64,000 nucleotides of DNA from the human T2T-CHM13v2.0 reference genome, Homo sapiens. How positions within the stretch are numbered: the first letter of the stretch is position 1; every line of letters starts with the position of its first letter. The notes beneath the pieces are model-generated. The model worked only from the letters and a program-made list of their open reading frames with translations, did not search any database and was not told the DNA's origin. A program made the translations under genes and the position numbers. Below are positions 1-18,430 of the stretch, piece by piece. The stretch is from NCBI RefSeq assembly GCF_009914755.1, contig NC_060947.1; one strand, written 5' to 3'.

Positions 1-500
<500 letters not shown>

Positions 501-1009
501 AAGAAGAACCACCACCATGTGGCCTGCCTCACATCAATTAAACATTTTTTTACTGCAAAAAAAAAAAAAATGAAGTTGTAATAGAATTAAAATATCACCA
601 TTGTGCAACCCATAATTAAATAGCATATCTAAGCAATAACTGCTAAGACCATTAGGTGAAAGAAAAGCTGATGGGAAATTTCAAAATGCAAGGATCAAGC
701 TGAAAACCCCTACAAACACTGATGAATCTTAAGATCACAGAAAATAGAAGAAGATAACCAGATATTATGAACCTCCTATATCAGGCAATATAATACACAC
801 ACTTTCAAAAAAAAAAAACCCTAAACCTAAATCTGATCAAACATCCAGATCTATATTTTTCCTATAAACATATAGGAAACAGGGGAACATGTAAAATGAC
901 AACATGATTATGCGATCAGTAAAATGTAGAATATGGCAAACTCTATAGGTCAAACTACCAATTTATTCAACAAGGAAATTGTAGAAAGAAAAAGGAGGTG
1001 GCATTTTTA

Positions 1010-1333
<324 letters not shown>

Positions 1334-1447
1334 AAGAAATATATCAATCTGGCACAATGTATGAACTCTGAATCCTGATTTTCAAATTTAAAAATTTGCA
1401 TATTTATTCTTTATTTGATTATTAATGAAAAAAAGTTAATTTTTGGT

Positions 1448-1750
1448 GTTTTTTTTTTTTTTTTTTTGAGACACAGTCTCACTCTGTCATCCAGGCTAAA
1501 GTGCAGCGGCACAATCTCCACTCACTGCAGCCTCAACCTCCCAGGCTCAAGTGATCCTCCCACCTCAGGCTCCTGAATAGCTGGGACCACAGGTGTGCAC
1601 CACCATGCCCGGCTGATTTTTCTATTTTTTTGTAGAGAAGGGGTTTCAGCATGTTACCCAGGCTGGTATCAAACTCCTGGGCTCAAGTGATCCACCCACC
1701 TCAGCCTCCCAAAGTGCTTGGATTACAGGTGTGTGCTACCACGCCCAGCC
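1448..1750 (-). mobile_element. AluJ-like
   Basis: Poly-T then antisense Alu ending cccagcc. Confidence 0.93.
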
Positions 1751-2139
1751 AAGAAAATATTTTAAATTGCCTTAGGTGTGATAAAGGATTGTGGTATGGT
1801 TTCTCTATGTTCTTATTTTGTGAGGTAAATACAAAAATGTAATATGTTATTTGAGACTTGCTTCAAAATAATCCAATGGGAAAAGGGAAAATAGGTAGGT
1901 ATACAGATAAAACAAAAGTGGCCATAAATTGATAACTGTTGAAGAGGGGTTGATGGACACATCAAGTTCATCATACTATTCTCTCTACTTTTATGTTTGA
2001 TATTTCAAAATAAAATGTTTTTAAAAATAAATGAATACAAATATATACAATAAAAATTAATTACACTCAAAAAGTAAAAGAAAGCAGTAACAAAAGATCA
2101 CATGTGGTTTGATTCCATTTATATGAAACAGACAATTCA

Positions 2140-2975
<836 letters not shown>

Positions 2976-3418
2976 TAGGCAAATCAAATCTATAAAGACA
3001 GAAAATAAGTGAGTGATTGCCCATGGTTGTGGGTTTGAAGGAAATAATAGAAACCAATGACATGTATGGTATGTGAATTATATCTCATTAAAACTGTCAT
3101 ATAAGAATTGATGTGGGTTGCAATGAGGATAAGAATACCTAAAAAGTCTCCTTAAGGGGATGATAATGAAAAAAAAAAGGTTGTGAAACACTGACTCAAA
3201 CGATGGACATGGAAGTCCTTCGTATACAGAAAAGCAATATTTGCCATGTCTTGAATAGCTCTTGTGACTCAGAAATGAATAGCATAGTTATAACCTCACT
3301 GGATCAATAAACACACTTAAGTAATTCCCATCCTGAAATAAAAAGAACCCTCCCTTGATCCCTCAACCCAATGCAACTACTGATCTCTCTCACTTTTTCA
3401 CCTTTAAGACTGGCGTAT

Positions 3419-3520
3419 AGCCTTGCTACTCAAAGTGTGTTCCCCAGATCTACTGAATCAGGCTTCATTTTAATACATCCTAGGTGATTCACATACACAT
3501 TTAAGTGTCAAAAGCACCAT
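3419..3520. mobile_element. MER5A-like hAT MITE fragment
   Basis: tgctactcaaagtgtg...ctactgaatcag...ttttaa...ggtgattc. Confidence 0.6.
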
Positions 3521-3796
3521 TATAAAGATCCTATCAATTTAGTAAGTCTTAGCAATGATGTAAGAATGTGGGAACTATCCAAAGGTGTTGTCAACCCTTT
3601 GGCCAGGTCAACCCCATTTTTGGAAAGGTAAAATGTGTAGTTTAACTTGCTTGTCACTGAACCTGTTTAAATGTTATTCTAAGAAAGGAAAGATACAACA
3701 TCTATGAAAACCCCATCCCTTTCATCGACCAACCAATGGGTATTTTCTCACTGGCACATTCAAGAGAAGCCCCAACCAATATATATGCAAAATTTA

Positions 3797-4210
<414 letters not shown>

Positions 4211-4369
4211 ATAATAAAAACATAAAATGCTAATTAGACAAGAACACATTAAAATAGCAGACAGCAGAAAGGTTTTATTTTTTAATAAAATGCTATGCTT
4301 ATAGGACTGCAAGAAAACACATATAGTTTTAAAATTACTGCTGGTACTATAAATTATTATAACCTATGA

Positions 4370-4720
4370 CATTCATCTATTCGATTAATATTTCTTCAGT
4401 ACTTTCTTTGCACCAAGTACTGTGTTAGGTGCCAGAGACAACATAGGGACCCAGATAGACAACATCCCTGCCCTCCTGGAATTTACAATCCAAAGAGGAG
4501 AAAATCATAATACCTATTGTCATAATGTGCTAAATTTACTACATAAGTTTTTCTCATTTAAACTTCAAACAACTCTGTGGAGTACAAATTGTAATTTCCA
4601 TTTTTTCAAATAAAGAAAGAAGCACTCGAAGTAGAAGACACTTGAGAGAGATCACACAGCTGGCAAATGTTACAAACAGGACTTTAAACAAGGTCTGTCT
4701 CATTCCAATACTTCTGCTTT
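4370..4720 (-). mobile_element. L2 3' end followed by a MIR fragment
   Basis: cattcatctattc...tactgtgttaggtgc (antisense L2 end); ctcatttaaacttcaaacaactctgtgg...gatcacacagct (antisense MIR). Confidence 0.6.
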
Positions 4721-5058
4721 CACACATTGTGTAAACTTCCTCTCAAAAGAATGGAGTTCAGCTTACCAAAGCCACCAAAATATCTATACCCTTTGACCAA
4801 TAACCCTCCATAGGAATGTATATCTTAAAGAAATAATTTGAAAGGAGATTAAAAACCTATATCTACAAAAATGCACACAGCATTACTCAAAATACCAAAA
4901 CAAAAAATGATAATGTTCTCAATGTCCAAAAATAGAGATTACTTAATTCATAGCAAAATCTCAGTGGAGGTGGGTTTTACAAAATGAGATTTGTTTTAAA
5001 AACCTCACAATTGGTAAATTTTGAATAAAGTCTGTAGATTAGAAAATAGTCTTGTATC

Positions 5059-5222
5059 AGCCGGGGAGCTCATGCCTGTAATCCCAGCACTTTGGGAGGC
5101 TGAGATGGGCAAATCACTTGAACCCAGGAGTTCCAGACCAGCCTGGGAAACACGGCAAAACCCCTTCTCTACCAAAAATACAAAAATTATCCAGGTGTGG
5201 TGGCACACGCCTGTAGTCCCAG
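5059..5222 (+). mobile_element. 3'-truncated Alu
   Basis: Left arm and linker, stops at gcctgtagtcccag. Confidence 0.88.
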
Positions 5223-5328
5223 ATACAATTCAAATATGTATACAATTCAAGAAGAACTGTGCTTATGCATAAAAATATTCTCCAGTATTTCTACAAGAAT
5301 GTTATAATAGTATATAAATGTCCTTTTT

Positions 5329-5627
5329 GGCTGGGTTAATCGGCTCACGCCTATAATCCCAACACTTTGGGAGGCTGAGGCGGGTCCTTTGAGTCCAGGA
5401 GTTTGAGACCACCCTGGGCAACACGGTGAAACCCCGTCTCTACAAAAAAATATGAAAAATTAGCCAGGCATGGTAGTGCTTGCCTGTAGTCCCAGCTACT
5501 AGGGGGCTGAGGTGGGAAGATAGCTTGAGCTTGGGAGGTTGAGGCTGCAGTGGGCCGTGATCGCACCACTGCACTCCAGCCTGGGCAACAGAAAGGGACT
5601 CTGTCTCAAATAAATAAATAAATAAAC
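5329..5627 (+). mobile_element. AluJ-like
   Basis: (AAAT)n tail; TSD aaatgtc(c/a)tttt. Confidence 0.93.
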
Positions 5628-6811
5628 AAATGTCATTTTAAAAGAAACCACAGAGACTAACTATCAACACAGGTACAAATTGTATGGTCTTGAATACACA
5701 TACTGTTATATTTGGAGGCATCTCAGATTAAATAAAGCAAGAGTGGAGTCCTCTGAGCACTGAATGAAAACACAGTTTTCAGAACTGATGAACTGAAGAG
5801 AGAAGTGACCAAGAAGACAAACTTCTATTAATAGGAGGCTGTATCAAATAACAATAGAGTCCAAGGATAAATCAACCAGAAGCAAAACAACTGGGAAATC
5901 CAAGAGAAAACAAAGGCTTCTGCATAAATGAAAAGCACAGCATGTCCATCAGTCTGTAGTATACAACAATCTAATTAGGCAATAAGGAGAGAATGGAGAC
6001 CTCTCTTGGAATACAGCAAATAGCTGAGAGGAGTGACTGCTTCAGCAGAAAGCTGAAAAAATGACCTTAGAAATAAGATATCAGCACAAGAAAATCCATG
6101 AAATGAACAAATGTAATCTCTGATTTTACATAACAGGAAACTGAGGCTGGGAGAGGGAAAAGGTCCCTATTAATTGTCCACAATAAGTTTCCAGCAGGAC
6201 CAGTATTTAATCCCAGGACAGACCTCTTTCCATCAACTCTAGCTGCTTTCTGCAAAGTGTGTTTGCTGAGAATATTAGTTTGCACACGGGGAACCCACAG
6301 CCCCCAAATCATTATACTCCAAATTCTGTTCATCGTAAAAAGCTGACAAAGTAAGCTCAATTTCTCTGCGAGAATTCTTTTGGGAAAACAATCTAATTTG
6401 TTTACCTACCTTGTGACAATCCTTCATGTGTATATACAACACAGAACTAGAGTGTACGAAGCAAATGTTATTTTTGTGGACCCCTTCCCATTCACAAATA
6501 TGACACATGCTATAATATGTCAGAGGAAAAGACACATATCCCAAGACTTTCTTCTTCACCTACCTTGTGGCCCTGCCTAATATATTCTCCAGTGTCTTTT
6601 AGTATTGGAGGCCTGAGGCTCCTGCTAGTACCTTCCCCACCATTTACAGCTATGTGACCTTGGGCCCTCTCAGGACCTCATTTCCTTCATCAGTAAAATG
6701 GGGCTGCACTACAGAACTTCAAAGGCTCCTCTCAGTTCTAACATCTTATGATTCTGTGAATCCTGAATTAACATTGCCAGTGATCAAATTTTAACACCCA
6801 TATATTTATAT

Positions 6812-7097
6812 CTTTAGACAGGGATTTGCCCTGTCACCCAGGCTGGAGTGCAGTAGCACAATCTCAGATCACTGCAGTATCAAATCTCATGGGCTCAAGC
6901 TATCCTCCAATCTCAGCCTCCTGAGTAGCTGTGACCATAGGTGCACGCCACCATGCCCAGCTAATTTTTGTATTTTTTGTAGAGATGAGGTCTCTCTATG
7001 TTGCTCAGGCTGGTTTCAAACTCTCAGGCTCAAGCAATCGTCCTGCCTCAGCCTCCCAAAAAGGTGGAATTACAGGCATGAGCCACTGTGCCAAGCT
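6812..7097 (-). mobile_element. AluJ-like
   Basis: Diverged antisense dimer. Confidence 0.9.
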
Positions 7098-8149
7098 AAC
7101 ACTCACATATTGATTTCTATATTTCCTGATTAAAAAAAAATGAGGAACTCTCCTCAGAGAACTCAGCTGGCTCTCATGGCCTAAACTGAAAATCTAGACA
7201 TTAGAAGATATGAATATTATTCCTAGCTCTGCTAAGAAGCTCTCTGGGTGAGCCTGGGAGAAGTTCCAAAGCAAGGAACCATTCTATCCTGGGTCAGTTG
7301 GTCAGTCAGGCTAATGTGTGGGGAACATTAATTTTGCAAAGCACTTTGGTAAGAGAGAAAAGACACATGGATTTTGGAGACAAAAGTTATCTTCAACAAC
7401 CAAATAACATTTTAACAGAGCAACCTATCAAGGAATATAGGTTAGCTTAGGAATCAGTTAGACCTGGACTCTAGTCCTGATGCTGCCAATTACCAGCTAT
7501 AAGACCTCAGTAAGAACAAAAGGCTAGGAATAGGGAGGGCCCTACTACACACTTACCACCACCTATGTGTGGGGCACATGAGTTATCTGAAAATGACAAG
7601 GGAGGACTAGCCTCCCCAAGGTCACTTACAGCTTAAATATCCATATTTAATTTCCATCAGTGTTAGAGGATCAGGTAGAGAAGTAGATGGGTTCAATCAT
7701 GCAAAACTCATTGTGACTATTGGTTTGATAACAGGTTTTGATGAAAAACAAGGTTAGTGAAGGTGGAGGACATAGCCAACAAAGAGAAACACATCTAATT
7801 AGGTTTTTGAGGAGGGAACTAGCAAGTGTGCAAGTGGAAGATGGGGAGGAAAGAGAATATAACTATATGAACACAGCCAGAGCAAGAAGACCATCAGGGG
7901 ATCATGAAACATGAGTGGAAAGAAGTAATAAAGAGAGCAATTTATCAACCTTTTACCAAAACAATCTCAACCATCTACAAAATATATGATATACTTAGAA
8001 AAGACTAGAATATGTCAAAAAAAAAAAGTGGTTGTTACTGCGGCTGTGCATGATTGCTACTTTCTTATTTATATTCTTCTGTATTTTTCAAATTTCCTTA
8101 GGGAGCATATTTGCTATTATAGTATGAAAACGAATGAACCTCATGCAAA

Positions 8150-8520
8150 ATGTTTACTCAGCACCTATTTGGTGACAAGCATTGTGATAGGCACTAGGGC
8201 TACAAAGACGAACAACAGAGTAATTGTTTTGGCATAGGAAAGGCTCCACAGAAGAGTGACAGATATTTGGCTATGACTTCAAGGATAAGGAGATGTTCAC
8301 ACAGGTGAGAATGGAGGAGGAAATTCCAGGCAGAGGAAACAGCAGATAAATAGACAAGGAATCCAAAAGGAAATTAGAAATATTCTGAGAACCCAATGCA
8401 TTTGGCAAGTAGGAGGTGTGGAGGGGAGAAATAGAAGATAAAACTGGAGAAGTGGTACAAATAGAAGACAAACTGTGAATAGCTTGAATGCCATCTAAAG
8501 AAGTTTAAATTTCCTAAGAC
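8150..8520 (-). mobile_element. L2 fragment
   Basis: tgtttactcagcacctatt...attccaggcagaggaaacagc. Confidence 0.65.
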
Positions 8521-8564
8521 CTGATGCTGGATAGATTAATTAACATTAATCTATTGTGCATTTC

Positions 8565-9556
8565 CAGCAAAAGAAACTATCATCAGAGGGAACAGGCAAC
8601 CTACAGAATGGGAGACAAATTTTGCAATCTATCCATCTGACAAAGGGCTAATATCCAGAATCTACAAAGAACCTAAACAAATTAACAAGAAAAAAAAACA
8701 AACAACCCCATCAAAAAATGGGCAAAGGATATGAACAGACACTTCTCAAAAGAAGACATTTATGCAGCCAACAGACATATGAAAAAATGCTCATCATCAC
8801 TGGTCATTAGAGAAACGCAAATCAAAACCACAATGAGATACCATCTCACACCAGTTAGAATGGTGATCATTAAAAAGTCAGGAAATAACAGATGCTGGAG
8901 AGGTTGTGGAAAAATAGGAATGCTTTTACACTGTTGGTGGGAGTGTAAATTAGTCCAACCATCGTGGAAGTCAGTGTGGTGATTCCTCAGGGATCTAGAA
9001 CTAGAAATACCATTTGACCCAGCAATCCCATTACTGGGTATATACCCAAAGGATTATAAATCATTCTACGATAAAGACACATGCACACGTATGTTTATTG
9101 TGCCACTATTCACAATAGCAAAGACTTGGAACCAACCCAGATGTCCATCAATGATAGACTGGATGAAGAAAATGTGGCACATATACACCATGGAATCCTA
9201 TGCAGCCATAAAAAAAGGATGAGTTCATGTCCTTTGCAGGGATATGGATGAAGCTGGAAACCATCATTCTCAGCAAACTATCACAAGATCAGAAAACCAA
9301 ACACTGCATGTTCTCACTCATAAGTGGGAGTTAAACAATGAGAACACATGGACACAAGGAGGGGAACATCACACACTCGGGCCTGTCAGGGGGTGGGGGG
9401 CTAGGGGAGGGATAACATTAGGAGAAATACCTAATGTAGGTGACGGGTTGAGGAGTGCAGCAAACCACCATGGCATGCGTATACCTATGTAACAAAACTG
9501 CACGTTCTGCACATGTAATCCAGAACCTAAAGTATAATTTTTAAAAAATACAAAAA
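8565..9556 (+). mobile_element. 5'-truncated L1PA (about L1PA6-8): ORF2 C-terminus and 3'UTR
   Basis: ORF 8731-8982 carries the Cys-rich CWRGCG...HCWWEC motif; perfect 17-bp TSD aatctattgtgcatttc at 8548-8564 and 9557-9573. Confidence 0.97.
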
Positions 9557-9573
9557 AATCTATTGTGCATTTC

Positions 9574-9740
9574 AAAACAGCTAGGAGACAACAATTCAAA
9601 TGTTCCTAGCATTAAGAAAGTTAAATATGTAAGGTGATGGATACCTTAATTACACTGATTTGATTATATGAAAGTATCAAATTATCATATGTACTTTGAA
9701 AATATGTACATCTATTATGTATCAACAAAATAAATAATTT
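9574..9740 (+). mobile_element. L1MA 3' end (host of the L1PA insertion)
   Basis: aaggtgatggataccttaattacactgatttgatt...atgtacatctattatgtatcaa; its upstream part lies at about 8530-8564. Confidence 0.75.
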
Positions 9741-9823
9741 TTAATAAGTTTAATTTTCAAACTATGAACTATTTTAACAACCAGTGAATAACCAAATCAT
9801 ATTTACATAGTAGGAAGAGCCTG

Positions 9824-10031
9824 CCTTTCTTTCTTTTTCTCTTCCTCTTTTGCTTGCTTGCTTTTTCTTTCTTTTCTTTCTTTCCTTTTTCTTTCTCTCT
9901 CCCCTCCCTCCCTCTCTCCCTCCCTCTCTCCCTCCCTTCCTTCCTTCCTTCCTCCCTCCCTCCCTTCCTCCCTTCCTCCTTTCCTTCCTTCCTCCCTCCC
10001 TCCCTCCCTTCCTCCCTTCCTCCCTTCTTTC
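9824..10031. repeat. Polypyrimidine (CTTT/CCCT/CCTT)n tract derived from an Alu tail
   Basis: About 200 bp of almost pure C/T abutting the antisense Alu. Confidence 0.95.
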
Positions 10032-10293
10032 CGACAGAGACTTGCTCTATCACCTAGGCTAGAGTGCTCACTGCAGCATTGAACTCCTGGACTCAAGACA
10101 TCCTCCCCCACTCAGCCTCCCAAGTAGATGGGACTACAGGCACATGCCACCACACTTGGGTAATTTTTAAATTTTTTATAGAGACAGGGTCTCACTTGTT
10201 GCCCAGGCTGATCTCAAACTCCTGGACTTAAGCAGTCTGCCTACCTTGGCCTACCAAGTGTTGGGATTACAGTTGTGGGCCATTGCACCAGGT
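10032..10293 (-). mobile_element. AluJ-like
   Basis: Antisense dimer with a small right-arm deletion. Confidence 0.9.
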
Positions 10294-10388
10294 CAAAAAA
10301 AGCCTTTAAAATGCCAAGTGTTACTAGGGCATAGAGCTGCCTCTGCCATATTTTCATACCCCTTAGACCACACAGGGTCTTTTAGTGA

Positions 10389-10706
<318 letters not shown>

Positions 10707-11039
10707 TATTTTTCTGAAATTCTTTTGATGTCCCCTCAACCAGATTTCACCCACCTGAAAATGTCAGGGGAGGAGTAAGAAAAAAGCAAAGAAGTCAGTA
10801 ACACTGTTTCCTCTTACCTCACCACTGACTGTAAACTCAGGAGTACTCTTGAACAAGAGTCACAAAATTTCGATTTATCTGTATATGATACTATATATCC
10901 CAGAAAATAAGGAAGGCCCCAGTTTAAAATATTCCATCTCATTGTTACCATAAGCACATAAGTACACTGCTATTAATAATGACCATATATTCCAAATTTG
11001 GTTCACTAAACATGGTCACCAAAGCACAGCTGGTTGTGA

Positions 11040-11652
<613 letters not shown>

Positions 11653-12350
11653 AGAAATGTTTGTTAAATCCAACTCCGCACCCAGAAGGTAAAACCTTCT
11701 TAAGGGGCTTAAACTTTGGAAAATTTTCCAAAGAATATTAATATTATTCCTATAAAATTTTCCCTGTTCAGAAGATTTGGTAGACAGTCTCCAGAAAAAT
11801 CCTTTAGAGGCTTTTATTACAATTAATTAACAAAAGAAATGAAAAAAAAAAAACACCCAGCCCTCCTCAAAACACATCACTATTTGATGGAAACTAGATT
11901 ATCAGCCGGACAGTGCTTTGATCCCAAAGCCCAATGATTTGCTATGCATGCATTTCTTGTAAGCTTTCACCTTAATGTAAAGAAATAGTATCACTGGAGC
12001 TACAATTATAACATATTTATTGGCAGAAAGAGGAGAATGAGGCCTAGATGTTTCCCCCAGCTATGGGAAAACATTCACTTATTAAAATAAACACCAGGCT
12101 TAGAATGGAAAGCAACTTAGGTTTCATTGGGAGACTTTGATGAAACTAAAGCACAAAATCCTTCATAAAGTCCTTCCAATGTCAGAACTAGAAAGGGTTT
12201 TACTTTCTCTAAAATTTAGACAACTATTTTTAAAACTAGTTATAGGAAAGAGCAACGAAGCAGGAGGAACATCTCAATGCTTTATGGTAAGAAGGGAAAA
12301 AAGTCATCCACAGAGGGAAAGAAAAGTTTCTTCAGAAGAAAGGTGTATCA

Positions 12351-12648
12351 GGCCCGGTGCAGTGGCTTACGCCTGTAATCCTAACACTATGGGAGGCTGA
12401 GGCGAGTGGATTGCTGAGCCCAGGAGTTCGAGACCAGCCTGGCCAACATAGGAAGATCCTATCTCTACAAAAATTCAAAAAATTAGCCAGGCGTGGTGGC
12501 TTGCACCTGTGGTCCCAGTTACTCAGGAGGTTGAGGTGGGAGGATCACTTCAGCTCAGGAAGCCGAGGCTGCAGTGAGCCATGAACGCACGTACCCCTGG
12601 ACTCCAGCCTTGGAGACAGGGAGAGACCCTGTCTCAAACAAAAAAAAA
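12351..12648 (+). mobile_element. AluJ-like
   Basis: Full dimer with a degenerate TSD. Confidence 0.92.
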
Positions 12649-12766
12649 GAAGGTGCATTAAGAAAAATCAGAACAACAGGGAGATTAAGTGCAGGTTCTT
12701 ATAAATACTTTTATTGAGACATACTTCATATACCATAAAATTCACCTATTTAAAGTGTAAAAAGTA

Positions 12767-13077
<311 letters not shown>

Positions 13078-13642
13078 GTGTAAAAAGTAAATTTATGCTG
13101 TTTTTGTTTCCTACTTAAAATGACAAATGCTTTTGTAGAATATTAAAGCATAATAAGATCAAATAATCAAGAAAATGATAATACCTTATAATTATTTCTC
13201 ATATTAACTTATTTGTAAGATTCCATTCTACTTTCACAATTTCCATTGCTCAATTTCTTCATTTCAGCAACCATGACTGTTTTAATATACACTCAAAGGA
13301 GCTACACCACAAGGCATAAATTAGTCTTTTTTTCTTCCTAAAATATAATATTGTAAAAAGTTAGTACTAAAACAAAATATACAGGCAGACCTTTCAATAT
13401 TATTGACTTAACATCCTAGACCATAGTGATGAAGACTCAGCAAAACAGATGCTGAAATCGAAAAAGTTAGAGTACATTATTTCAAAGAATAAGGTTCCTA
13501 TTCACAGATACTCATTTTAAATCCACTATTTATACAAACTCAGTATATACATAGTTTAATAAAAGAGCATTAAAATGATATTAGCCATTGATAATGTCTC
13601 TGGACAAGGCATTGTTGAGCAGTGTTTGAGAAGTTATGATAA

Positions 13643-14320
<678 letters not shown>

Positions 14321-15236
14321 CTACCTCTGTGATCATAAGGCTCTGCTCATCCCTAATTATTTCCTATCTGCAGTCAAATATTCTTTCTGATTTTATGAGT
14401 ACATATATCTTAGGTAAATATTCTGGGGCCTGGAATGGACATCCAGATCCTGTCTTCATAAACCCAACTGTTGGGCCCAGGAAGGTGCCTATAACTCAGT
14501 GGCATCAGACTGGAGACTCTGAGTGACTAGGCTAGTTTCCCCTACATATTAGTCAGCCTGTATTTATTTAAGCTCTGCAGAATTCCTTCATTTGTACTCA
14601 AGAGTTTTACATTTTACATGACTGTGACTAGAGAAGCTTTCTCTTGAAATGCAGAGACAAAGGAAAATCTTTCTAGTTGTGTCAGAAAACTTAATAACTG
14701 CATCTAGAATCTGCAAGAAAACGAATTCATTTTAAGAAAGTAGGAAAGGAAATTGCATAGGACAGAGGCAGGGATAAAATACAGAAGTACATAAAACATT
14801 GCATCTGTCCATTGTGGAAGATTAATGTCTGCTGTGGAACGTAGACCAATAAAACCTGAAGGTAGTCCTGACATTTGATCATTTGAGTTTCTGGCTGATA
14901 CATGTAGTTAATCTCTCTCTCTCCAGTTCATATGCTGATATAGGCTATCCAGGGCAGGAAGAAAGGCTCAGATAGTTTCAAGATGAAATATTTTCCTATT
15001 TCAAGAAGACAGAAAAGAACTCCTTTCTTTACTTAGCTTTGAGGCTACCGTGCAAGATCCATATTCTTTCTGGGTCATTTCAAAAGTCATTCTTTATCTC
15101 AGAGTAGTTGTTTACACAAAGAGATTCAAAATACAGCAATTGCTGGTGCTAATTTTAAATTGCATATGCTTCCAAGAAAGACAATCCTCAATGTTAGGTT
15201 TGTTTACCTATTCACAGGATAAAAATAGCGAAGTGT

Positions 15237-16271
<1,035 letters not shown>

Positions 16272-16314
16272 TGACCTCCAAATGCAGAGATTTTTTAAAA
16301 CAGTCTCCACAATA

Positions 16315-16630
16315 GGGATGAACCTGGTAAACATTATGCTAAATCAAAGAAGCCAGTCACGAAAAACCTCGTGTTGTATGATCCCATTTATATAAAATGT
16401 CCAGAATAGGCAAATCTACAGACACAGAAAGATTTGTGGTTGCCTAGTGCTAGCAGGAATGGGGGAAAATAAGGAGTTACTGTTATTTGGTATGAGGCTT
16501 CTTTTTAGGGTGAAGAAAATGCTCTAAAATTGATTGTGGTGATGGTCGCAAAACTCTGCGAATATACTAAAACTCAGTGAATTGTACAATTTAAGTAGGT
16601 GAATTATTTGCTCTGTGAATGATACCTAAA
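16315..16630 (+). mobile_element. L1MB 3'UTR fragment
   Basis: ggatgaacc...cattatgctaa...aaatgtccagaataggcaaatctacagacacagaaag. Confidence 0.85.
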
Positions 16631-16735
16631 TCAGCCAGGATATATATATTCTCACAGCTACTTCTAGGTTTTCCGCAGCATTTCTCTAGCTCTCAGCAAA
16701 ACAGAGTGTATCTGTGTTTTGCTTTTGCTTTTGTT

Positions 16736-17321
16736 TTGTTTTTTATTATACTTTAAGTTCTAGGGTACATGTGCACAACGTGCAGGTTTGTTACATATGT
16801 ATACATGTGCCATGTTGGTGTGCTGCACCCATTAACTTGTCATTTAGCATTAGGTATATCTCCTGATGCTATCCCTCCCCCCTGCCCCCACCCCACAACA
16901 GGCCCCTGTGTGTGATGTTCCCCTTCCTGTGTCCATGTGTTCTCATTGTTCAATTCCCACCTATGAGTGAGAACATGCGGCGTTTGGTTTTTTGTCCTTG
17001 CGATAGTTTGCTGAGAATGATGGTTTCCAGCTTCATCCATGTCCCTACAAAGGACATGAACTCATCATTTTTTATGGCTGCATAGTATTCCATGGTGTAT
17101 ATGTGCCACATTTTCTTAATCCAGTCTATCATTGTTGGACATGTGGGTTGGTTCCAAGTCTTTGCTATTGTGAATAGTGCTGCAATAAACATATGTGTGC
17201 ATATGTCTTTATAGCAGCATGATTTATAATCCTTTGGATATATACCCAGTAATGGGATTGCTGGGTCAAATGGTATTTCTAGTTCTAGATCCCTGAGGAA
17301 TCGCCACACTGACTTCCACAA
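16736..17321 (-). mobile_element. 5'-truncated L1PA (about L1PA4-5) 3' end
   Basis: ttattatactttaagttctagggtacatgtgcac...; ORF 16950-17321 is the ORF2 C-terminus (...MFSLIGGN); possible TSD gcttttgtt at 16727-16735 and 17322-17330. Confidence 0.96.
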
Positions 17322-17488
17322 GCTTTTGTTAAGATGCCTGTTGATTTTGTTTGACTGTTTTTATTGAGATAGATAATATTTAAAGGCCAAAATAGGCCAG
17401 AAAAGTTGGTTACTCCATGAAAACATACTATTTAGGGACCCAAGCAATAAGTAGCAAGTACTAATTACATTAAGAAATAGTCCATTAG

Positions 17489-17862
<374 letters not shown>

Positions 17863-18139
17863 TCATTGTACACAGGGACTGTCTACCTTGGGAGGTCATG
17901 TGCTCGTTTTCCTAGATATCTTTTCAAACAGGATTTATAACAAAGGGAATACTGAATTTTGAAGTTTGTCTGACAAGAGGCAGAGCACAGAACTAAATAA
18001 CCTCTTGAGGTCCATTTGATTCTTTCCAAATGATATAAAGAGGTCAAAGCTGTTAAGAAATCAACTAGAACAACATAGTAATTCCCAAGTCACTGTTGTC
18101 TACCATACTAATACTAAGCTCTTTGACTAATGCCTTTAG

Positions 18140-18430
18140 AGGATTCTTACTTTGTCAAATATCTAGTTTTGTGTTAGGCACTTTTACATCCATAATCTTA
18201 TTTATGACTTCATACCATCAAAACTCAAGTTCTTGGCCACTTTATTTGCTGGGTGACCTATTTTGTGGTTTACTTTGTAGGTCAGGAATTATATTTTTCA
18301 GATAAGAAAGCTAAGGGTTGGAGAAATTGAGTAACTTGTCCCAAATCACACGACTGTTAAGCAGTGGAAATGTGGTTCAAATCCAAGACTACCACTGCCA
18401 AAAGCCCCCAATGCTAGTGTTCTGACTACC
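18140..18430 (-). mobile_element. MIR fragment(s)
   Basis: attatatttttcagataagaaagctaag...gtaacttgtcccaaatcacac. Confidence 0.7.

Noticed and set aside
9769-10111. R/K/E/G-rich and P/S/L/F-rich ORFs (also 61591-62118)
   Set aside because: Open only because simple purine/pyrimidine repeats lack stop codons.
10755-10817. 63-nt minus-strand micro-intron
   Set aside because: Donor to branch point distance is only about 23 nt, too short for normal splicing; only the acceptor is kept as a candidate.
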